64,000 bases of DNA, taken from the NCBI GenBank assembly GCA_039815185.1, contig JBCBZT010000004.1, positions 160,001 to 224,000 of the forward strand. Reading direction: 5' to 3'. The stretch is from Cyanobacteria bacterium P01_A01_bin.123. GTDB lineage: Bacteria; Cyanobacteriota; Cyanobacteriia; Phormidesmidales; Phormidesmidaceae. The position numbers and the translations under genes are program-made. Below the pieces are notes generated by a model. The model ran no database searches. It was not told the DNA's origin and was given only the letters and a program-made list of their open reading frames with translations. Below, one piece after another: positions 57,277-64,000 of this stretch; the stretch's first letter is position 1; each line of letters begins with the position of its first letter.

Positions 57277-59127
57277 ATGAAATCGACCCCCTCGACCTTG
57301 CTACGACGGCTGCTTCAAACAACCCAGTTTTGGCAAGATAATGGTCTCATCTTTCGGGAAGCCCGATACTTTCCGGGAATTGCGACGATCGCGATCGCAG
57401 CGCCGATCTTAGCGGCTGTCTTTGAAGGATTTGGCATTGGCTTTTTGCTGGGCTTTCTGCAAAACCTGGTTGACCCCAATGGGGAACCTTTCCAAACCGG
57501 GTTGCAGTGGTTTGATGTGTGGATCTTGGGTATTGATCAGCCTGAACTGAATCGCCTGTATCGGGTATCAGCACTGATTTTGTGCTCGACCTGGATGCGG
57601 GCATTGTTTAACTATCTCACCTTCTTGTATACCGATTTAGCTAAGGCCCGCTTGGTTGATCGACTCTATACTCGGGTTTTTGAACAACTCCAGGCCGTGA
57701 GTTTGAGCTTTTTTAACCAGGTGCGATCGGGAGATATCATCAATACCCTAACCACAGAGATTAATCAGCTCCAGCAAATGATGCGGATGTTGGGATTCAT
57801 TGTCTCTAAAGGATTAGTTGTCCTGGTGTATGCAGTGGTGGCGCTGCTGATTTCTTGGCAGTTGTCGCTGTTGACTGTGCTGCTGTTTGGCCTAGCGATC
57901 GCAGGGTTGTCTAACCTCCACCGCCGAGTCCGGGAAGCCAGCTTCCCAGTGTCCCGGACACGCAGCAAGTTTACGTCATTAGCCTCTGAGTTAGTGAGCG
58001 GCATTCGCACGGTCAAGGCTTTTGCTACCCAAGACTACGAACAGCGGCGCTACAGCGCCGCTAGTCAAGACATTGTGAAAGCTGCTAAAGTTGCAGCCCA
58101 ACGCCTGTCCTTAGTACGCCCGATGTCTGAGGGCCTAGCCACTACGATTTTGGTGATGATTTTACTGGTGGGCATGACATTGTTAGTGGGCAATGGCTTG
58201 CTCGAGGTACCGGCGCTACTCACCTTTGTGTTTATTTTGTTTCGCATGGTGCCTGCCCTGCATGAACTCAATGGTGATATTGCTACCATTCAAAGTTTGC
58301 AGGGGGCAATGCACAGCATTCAAAATCTGCTGCGCACCGACGATAAACCTTATCAGCAAAATGGTCATTTGCCCTTTACCCAGATTCAGCGAGCTATCCA
58401 GTTGGTGTCGGTGGATTTTGGTTATGCGCCTGACAGTCCTGTGCTCAAGAATCTCACGTTGACTATTGAAAAAGGTCAAACGATTGCCTTAGTGGGTGCA
58501 TCCGGAGCAGGCAAAAGTACCCTAGTGGATTTATTGCCGCGCTTCTATGACCCGACTGAAGGGGCAGTTTTAATCGACGGCATTGACCTGCGCCAATTTG
58601 ATATCAATACAGTCCGCCGCAACATGGCAATCGTTAGCCAAGATACGTTTATCTTTAATGCCTCTGTAAGAGACAACATTGTCTACGGGAGTGAAGGGGC
58701 AAGTCATGATGAGGTTTTAGAAGCGGCACGGTTGGCTAATGCCGTGGACTTTGTTGATGACCTACCCGATGGGTTTGACACTGTGCTTGGCGATCGCGGG
58801 GTACGCCTTTCTGGCGGGCAACGACAACGGATTGCGATCGCCCGAGCCTTACTCCGCAACCCAGAGATTTTGATTTTAGACGAGGCCACTAGCGCCCTTG
58901 ATTCAATGTCAGAAAAGCTGATTCAAGCCTCTGTAGAAAAACTATCCGTGGGTAGAACTGTGATCGCGATCGCCCACCGCCTTTCCACCATTGTCAACGC
59001 CGATAAAGTGGTTGTGCTCGATCAGGGCCGCATTGTCGAACAGGGTTCCTATCAAGATCTCCTCAATCATCGCGGTTATCTGTGGAAATTCCACCAGATG
59101 CAATACGAAGTTGGACAAACTCGCTAG
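57277..59127 (+). CDS. hepA: HepA-like ABC exporter (TMD + NBD)
   Basis: FEGFGIGFLLGFLQ, GASGAGKST, LSGGQRQR, ILDEATSALD; directly follows hepC as in the Anabaena hep island. Confidence 0.8.
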   Translation: MKSTPSTLLRRLLQTTQFWQDNGLIFREARYFPGIATIAIAAPILAAVFEGFGIGFLLGFLQNLVDPNGEPFQTGLQWFDVWILGIDQPELNRLYRVSALILCSTWMRALFNYLTFLYTDLAKARLVDRLYTRVFEQLQAVSLSFFNQVRSGDIINTLTTEINQLQQMMRMLGFIVSKGLVVLVYAVVALLISWQLSLLTVLLFGLAIAGLSNLHRRVREASFPVSRTRSKFTSLASELVSGIRTVKAFATQDYEQRRYSAASQDIVKAAKVAAQRLSLVRPMSEGLATTILVMILLVGMTLLVGNGLLEVPALLTFVFILFRMVPALHELNGDIATIQSLQGAMHSIQNLLRTDDKPYQQNGHLPFTQIQRAIQLVSVDFGYAPDSPVLKNLTLTIEKGQTIALVGASGAGKSTLVDLLPRFYDPTEGAVLIDGIDLRQFDINTVRRNMAIVSQDTFIFNASVRDNIVYGSEGASHDEVLEAARLANAVDFVDDLPDGFDTVLGDRGVRLSGGQRQRIAIARALLRNPEILILDEATSALDSMSEKLIQASVEKLSVGRTVIAIAHRLSTIVNADKVVVLDQGRIVEQGSYQDLLNHRGYLWKFHQMQYEVGQTR

Positions 59128-59204
59128 ATCAGGTTAAAAACCGCGCTTTTCTGATACTGCCCAGTTACTAGAACGTTCAGGTTTAGGTTGATACATCAAA
59201 CATT

Positions 59205-59888
59205 ATGGCTATTATTTGTCACGACATTCAACTGCTGTTTATCATGACCCCAAGAACAGCTTGCACAGCAATTGGTAAACTACTATTTGAACGGTTTGGT
59301 GGTGAGTACATCCCAGCTCAAAGTTTAATTGACAATCAAGGCAATTTTATAGTGCGGAAGAAACATTCGACCCTGACAGATTTGATCCAACATAATCTCA
59401 TCAATCAATCAATCATTGATGACTACTTTAAGGTAGCCACAGTGCGTAATCCCTTTGATAGTCTAGTCTCGCTCTATGTCAAGAAACGAGAAAGCTACGC
59501 GTCACAGTTGGACGATCCAAAATCATGGGTACATTCGGTGCCAGGATATGTTGAAGACATGAAATTTTGCCAAACGCACTCGTTTGATGACTGGATTGCG
59601 AAAACCTTTGCCCCTCCAACATTCAAGCGATTTTTGAATCGCGGTAAGCAATCTTTGTTTGATGGATTTACCAGTGGTGTCAACCAGGTTATGCGCTTTG
59701 AGCAAGTTCAATCAAATCTTCAGTCTGTACTACAGGAAATTGGGGTTAAGGAGGAGTTTGAAATTCCTAAAATCAATCAAACTCAAGAGAAGATAAAGGC
59801 ATATCGGGACTATTATACACCCAGATCTAGGGCTACAATTGAATACGTATTTTCAAAAGATATAGCCACCTATGGATACCAATTCTAA
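59205..59888 (+). CDS. Sulfotransferase family protein
   Basis: LFIMTPRTACTAI (variant 5'-PSB), VRNPFDSLVSLY (3'-PB), RFE, YRDYY, DIATYGYQF. Confidence 0.8.
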   Translation: MAIICHDIQLLFIMTPRTACTAIGKLLFERFGGEYIPAQSLIDNQGNFIVRKKHSTLTDLIQHNLINQSIIDDYFKVATVRNPFDSLVSLYVKKRESYASQLDDPKSWVHSVPGYVEDMKFCQTHSFDDWIAKTFAPPTFKRFLNRGKQSLFDGFTSGVNQVMRFEQVQSNLQSVLQEIGVKEEFEIPKINQTQEKIKAYRDYYTPRSRATIEYVFSKDIATYGYQF

Positions 59889-59911
59889 CTCTACTGATTA
59901 GGAGATCTAGT

Positions 59912-60331
59912 ATGACCATGTGGGTTCGCATTGTGGCGAAGTTTTAGATCGCCACTGTACCAAAACATTTGGTCTATTATCGTATTTATTCTGGCAGCAG
60001 TTCTCACAACTTAAAACTCCATCTTGATGGTCGCATCACTGTAATTGAAAGAACATTTAGCAATGCACCAGAGTCAGTCATAGATCTCAAACCAGTGGCT
60101 TTGGGGGAAGATTATCTAATGGTAGCCTGGAGGACTCTAATGACTGAAGACTATGCTTTGGGCTTGGCATTGCGACGTCAGGCCATACTCCATGAGCCAA
60201 CCTTGCGTTCAAATCGAGTTTACCAGCACCTGGGCTTTATTATTACCATGCGACGATTGCTAGGACGGAATACATATAGTGCGCTCTCAAAGTTAAAACG
60301 AGGCTTTAGTGATTTAGTTCGGCTTAAGTGA
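59912..60331 (+). pseudogene. GT2 glycosyltransferase remnant
   Basis: AGGAG RBS and ATG 59912 lead directly to MWVRIVAKF*IATVPKHLVYYR..S.S.N (GT2 C-terminal region); TAG 59945-59947. Confidence 0.7.
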
Positions 60332-60435
60332 ACAGGTTTGCGTGTAGTCTTGGCACAGAATGATATCTAGCCACTCCAGATAAAGAATACTCTAAAGGCA
60401 AAGCTCTTGGTACATATCTCAATTCAAAGCAAAAG

Positions 60436-61236
60436 ATGAAACATTTCAAGCAGATAGTCAAGAATATATTGCTTAGGGGAAAACCCAATCTATTCTTTAT
60501 GCATATCCCTAAAACAGGCGGAACATCTATAGACTTTGCAATTAGTCGGCATTATCCTATTAGTAAGTATTATGTAGATCCTGTTGTAACGATCAATGTA
60601 GCTAGGATAGTGGCTGACCAAAATCTTGATGCTGTTGATTTTGAGGCGTGTTTTAGCCTAAGGGAAAACATATTGGCCTATAAAATGGGAAAGGGCATAA
60701 AGTATGTGACTGGTCATGTTCCATTCCGAACAGATATTTGGGAAGCTTTTCATCATCAATATCTTTTCACGGCGATTCTCAGAGATCCGATACGACGATT
60801 TATCTCTCAGTACTTTTACAACAAACATAAGCAAGCCGAATACTCCAAGATAGATCTTGATTTTTCAGACTATATTGCTTCTGAGGCAGGAGCAAGATGT
60901 GGTGCGACATACGTCAGGTATTTTATGGGTTCTTCAAAGCCCACAAATCTTTTCTCAGCCGAAGCGATTCAAGCTGCCAAAAATAATCTGTCTAAATTCA
61001 GTATGATAGGGTTTCTTGAAAAATTAGATTTAGCGGTAGAAAGCTTTGCGAAAATTAGTGAACTGAAACTAAACGTACCTCACCAGAATAAGAATCCCAA
61101 GAAAAACTATCAGTTGTCAGAACAAGATATGGCAAAAGTAAGGCAAATATGTGCACCAGATATTGAAATTTATGACTATGCAAAGCATATATTCCTAGAG
61201 GGTAAAAAAGAATCATCATCTCTTGTGAAAATTTAG
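60436..61236 (+). CDS. Sulfotransferase family protein
   Basis: FMHIPKTGGTS, GH, LRDPIRRFISQY, D.EIY.YAK. Confidence 0.88.
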   Translation: MKHFKQIVKNILLRGKPNLFFMHIPKTGGTSIDFAISRHYPISKYYVDPVVTINVARIVADQNLDAVDFEACFSLRENILAYKMGKGIKYVTGHVPFRTDIWEAFHHQYLFTAILRDPIRRFISQYFYNKHKQAEYSKIDLDFSDYIASEAGARCGATYVRYFMGSSKPTNLFSAEAIQAAKNNLSKFSMIGFLEKLDLAVESFAKISELKLNVPHQNKNPKKNYQLSEQDMAKVRQICAPDIEIYDYAKHIFLEGKKESSSLVKI

Positions 61237-61321
61237 GGTTGAGGTCTGCTTCCCAAATTTCTAAAATTTAAGCTGGAAATGCATCTAAGCGATCCTTAAA
61301 TATCTAACAAGTGAGTAAAGC

Positions 61322-62260
61322 ATGGATAGTCAAAATAAACCTGACTTCTTTATCGTTGGCGCTCCAAAATGTGGCACAACTTCCTTGTGTTACTATCTTT
61401 CGCAACATCCAGAAATATTTATGCCGGAAGAAAAAGAACCCAACTTCTTTAATACTGATATTGTTCACTATAAGAGAGACCTAGAGGAATATCTAAATCT
61501 TTTCTCTGACCATAGACATGAACTGTGTGGAGAGGGATCGGCTTGGTATCTTTACTCAAATACAGCGGCTCAGGCGATCAAGCAATTCAATCCACAGGCC
61601 AAGATTATTATTGCTTTACGGGATCCGGTAGCATTGATTGAATCGCTCCATAGTGAGAACATGGTTTGCGGTTATGAGACCATCAAGGACTTGCCTAGAG
61701 CTATCGAAGCCGAAGCGCTTAGGAAAAATGGCCAGCTAGCTGTTAAAAGCGCAACTCTAAAACAGCGATGGTACTGTCATGATTGGTACCTTTATCGAAA
61801 TGTTGCAGCTTTCTCAAACCAAGTCAAGCGATATCTAGAGCATTTTGATCATGAAAATATTCACTTTGTTATCTTTGACGATCTCTGCAAAGATACCCGA
61901 GGTGAATATAAGCGACTACTGCAATTCTTAGGCGCTGAAAACACTGACTTTGAACCAGAATTTGACATTCAACGTTCTAATCGTCAAGTTAAGTATTCTC
62001 GATTTTATAGCTTTTTTGCAGCGCCGCCTGATTCATTAATTCGATTCATCAGAAGAATAACTCCAAATGTTTTGAAACCTGTTATTAGTAAGCTGGGTTG
62101 GCAGATCATTAGTGGTGCTAAGCGAGTCCTTACCATACCTAAGGCTCGGCAGTCCAATGATTTAACATTCCGAACACAACTTAAGCAGCAATTTGAATCT
62201 GAAGTAATGCAGTTGAGTAAGTTGCTCAACCGAGATCTTACTCATTGGGTCTCGCGTTAG
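61322..62260 (+). CDS. Sulfotransferase
   Basis: PDFFIVGAPKCGTTSL..YLSQHPEI, KEPNFF, LRDPV..IES. Confidence 0.92.
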   Translation: MDSQNKPDFFIVGAPKCGTTSLCYYLSQHPEIFMPEEKEPNFFNTDIVHYKRDLEEYLNLFSDHRHELCGEGSAWYLYSNTAAQAIKQFNPQAKIIIALRDPVALIESLHSENMVCGYETIKDLPRAIEAEALRKNGQLAVKSATLKQRWYCHDWYLYRNVAAFSNQVKRYLEHFDHENIHFVIFDDLCKDTRGEYKRLLQFLGAENTDFEPEFDIQRSNRQVKYSRFYSFFAAPPDSLIRFIRRITPNVLKPVISKLGWQIISGAKRVLTIPKARQSNDLTFRTQLKQQFESEVMQLSKLLNRDLTHWVSR

Positions 62261-62487
62261 ATTAAGTCATGATTGAGAGAAGGTTCTGTTCATCGCTAGG
62301 ATGACTTTTGGGGAAATGGGCTGCCATGTTGTTGTAGAAGTCTTGAAACTTTCTAATTTGTCCCTAGCAATAATTATAGCCTTACTTGATCTCGATCTAA
62401 AAAGGAAGTCTCAACGAATATCCCACATAAAACTATCGATCTGACAATCTGTCTTTTTATTCTCTCAACAAATTTCTCACGAAGATC

Positions 62488-63561
62488 ATGACAACTACTC
62501 GTTCCTCACCCACCTTGACCACTGCCAAAGTAACTTTAGTCGTGGTTCCTCGCGAACGATTTAGCCATACCCAAACTTCTCTAGAAAGTCTCTATTGTCA
62601 TACCCAAGTTCCCTTTGATTTGGTGTATATCGACGGTAATTCGCCCCCTGCAGTTCAGCATTATCTTGAAACACAGGCTGAGCTAAAAGGGTTTCAACTG
62701 ATCAGAGTGAATCATTATCTTTCGCCGAATTTCAGCCGTAACCTAGGATTGAAGCAGGTCAAAACCCCCTACGTTGTGTTTGTTGATAATGACGTGATCG
62801 TTTCTCCTGGTTGGTTGAAAACCCTGATAGCTTGTGCTGAAAATCATCAAGCTGCTGTTGTCGGACCGCTCGTGTGTGAGCAAGAGCCTGTACATCAACA
62901 TATCCACTGTGCTGGCGGTGAATCTCATATTCTTGAGGATGCTAAAGGGCGGCGAATTTTGCGCGAAAAAATGTATCGTCAAGGGCAACAACTAGCAGAT
63001 GTTCAGCTCCAACTCCAGGCAACAGAAACTGAACTCATCGAATTTCACTGCATGCTAGTACGAACCAATATTTTTAATACTATTCCTGAGTTTGATGAAC
63101 AAATGCTCAATACCAAAGAACATTTAGATTTTTGCATGGCTGTCATGGCCTTAGGGGAAACCGTCTACTTTGAACCCCGCTCTGTTGTTACTTATGTACC
63201 AGGTAAGCCTTCTACCTGGAGTGACTTGCACTTTTATATGCTGCGTTGGAGTGACCATTGGACTCAGGCTAGCCTGAGGCGACTACAGCAAAAGTGGCAG
63301 ATAGAGCCCAACTCCGCCTATTTTAGTAACCGCTACAAACGACTCAATTGGCGTCGTCGATTCTACCTGATTACACCATTAGTTCGACGGTTAAGTTTAG
63401 GATTTGAGAATCGCATTCTAATTAAATTTTTAAGTTTAGCAGAGCGTCCTTTTAATGCTTACTTAGTACATCAAAACTCCAATGCCCATCAAGCTTATTT
63501 ATCCATCCAGAATAAGCCTGCTCCCATTTCGAAAATCCGACTACTTGAAACAAACCCATAG
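62488..63561 (+). CDS. Glycosyltransferase family 2
   Basis: VVVPRERFS, IDGNS, RNLG, FVDNDV, EH.DFC. Confidence 0.88.
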   Translation: MTTTRSSPTLTTAKVTLVVVPRERFSHTQTSLESLYCHTQVPFDLVYIDGNSPPAVQHYLETQAELKGFQLIRVNHYLSPNFSRNLGLKQVKTPYVVFVDNDVIVSPGWLKTLIACAENHQAAVVGPLVCEQEPVHQHIHCAGGESHILEDAKGRRILREKMYRQGQQLADVQLQLQATETELIEFHCMLVRTNIFNTIPEFDEQMLNTKEHLDFCMAVMALGETVYFEPRSVVTYVPGKPSTWSDLHFYMLRWSDHWTQASLRRLQQKWQIEPNSAYFSNRYKRLNWRRRFYLITPLVRRLSLGFENRILIKFLSLAERPFNAYLVHQNSNAHQAYLSIQNKPAPISKIRLLETNP

Positions 63562-63621
63562 AAGCTACGTCAACGGCTGAAAAGGCCTTATTTGATCTCA
63601 CAGATCATTCACTGTGTTACC

Positions 63622-64000
63622 ATGAAAATTGCGATTGTAGTCTTCCAGTTCCCTGTTATTTCCCACTCATTTATCCTTAACCTAATTGCAGGTTTAATTG
63701 ATCTAGGACATGACGTGCATATACATGCCATAGAGTCGAAATCGCCCTCAGATGCTGCTATGCATGCTATTGTCAGTAATTATCAGCTAATTGCAAAAAC
63801 CCGCTACCCATCTTCAGCTAGTGGCGGAAAACTGAGTCGAACTTTAAACTTGATCCGTCAGATTTTGGGTAATCTCAATCGTGGATCATTAGCTTGCCTG
63901 GCGGTATTAGATATACGGCAACCTAAGTATTCTTTGGTGCTTCTGAGAAAGGCGCTTTCATTATTGCATCGCCCCCAATATGACATCATTCATGCTCAAT
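63622..64000 (+). CDS. WcaL-like glycosyltransferase family 4, N-terminal part (runs off window end)
   Basis: Not in ORF track. MKIAIVVFQFPVISHSFILNLIAGLIDLGHDVHIHA...YDIIHAQ. Confidence 0.8.
   Translation, partial: MKIAIVVFQFPVISHSFILNLIAGLIDLGHDVHIHAIESKSPSDAAMHAIVSNYQLIAKTRYPSSASGGKLSRTLNLIRQILGNLNRGSLACLAVLDIRQPKYSLVLLRKALSLLHRPQYDIIHAQ

Larger units (their letters stand above)
19..59000. repeat. HIP1 octamer GCGATCGC, dispersed
   Basis: Dozens of copies (e.g. 19-26, 682-689, many in the CHAT, pncB and hepA genes); cyanobacterial genome signature. Confidence 0.95.

Noticed and set aside
1..64000. CRISPR arrays, tRNA/rRNA, transposases, prophage genes, and the many short ORFs nested in long genes
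   Set aside because: None recognised by eye. TPR and WD40 periodicity is protein-coding, and nested ORFs are off-frame or antisense shadows. Small RNAs cannot be excluded without a covariance search.

Overview
Chromosomal DNA of a cyanobacterium: the HIP1 octamer GCGATCGC is dense, and the gene set suggests a filamentous Leptolyngbya/Nodosilinea-like strain (inference). Main blocks: (i) conserved cyanobacterial genes (2TM protein, DUF3122, TPR, TerC, YggT); (ii) three tandem AAA-like (AAA_35) ATPases: HTH-ATPase, a truncated ATPase-only paralogue, and ATPase-TM-WD40, divergent from a beta-helix protein; (iii) an NAD salvage operon pncB-nadD-nrtR-[PchB-like]-nadE with a clear NrtR box, divergent from ubiA; (iv) an accessory patch (AraC-DMT, EEP pseudogene, orphan HipA-like kinase); (v) a CHASE2-GGDEF-EAL receptor directly preceded by an unannotated 48-codon secreted peptide ending in the DUF928-type motif GGGTR, with a secreted TPR-CHAT protease nearby; (vi) GT2-GT2-WcaF/HpsU, SulP-STAS-cNMP, ltaE, NarL regulator, S41 peptidase, bacterial-type crtI, acyltransferase; (vii) the start of a wza/wzc/hepC/hepA polysaccharide cluster with three sulfotransferases. 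Four pseudogene remnants and two copies of a 105-bp TATAGC...GCTATA element were found by reading the sequence. No rRNA, tRNA, CRISPR array or transposase was recognised. The best candidate for an undescribed system is the GGGTR micropeptide / CHASE2 receptor / CHAT protease module. Family calls come from motif recognition only; no database searches were run.
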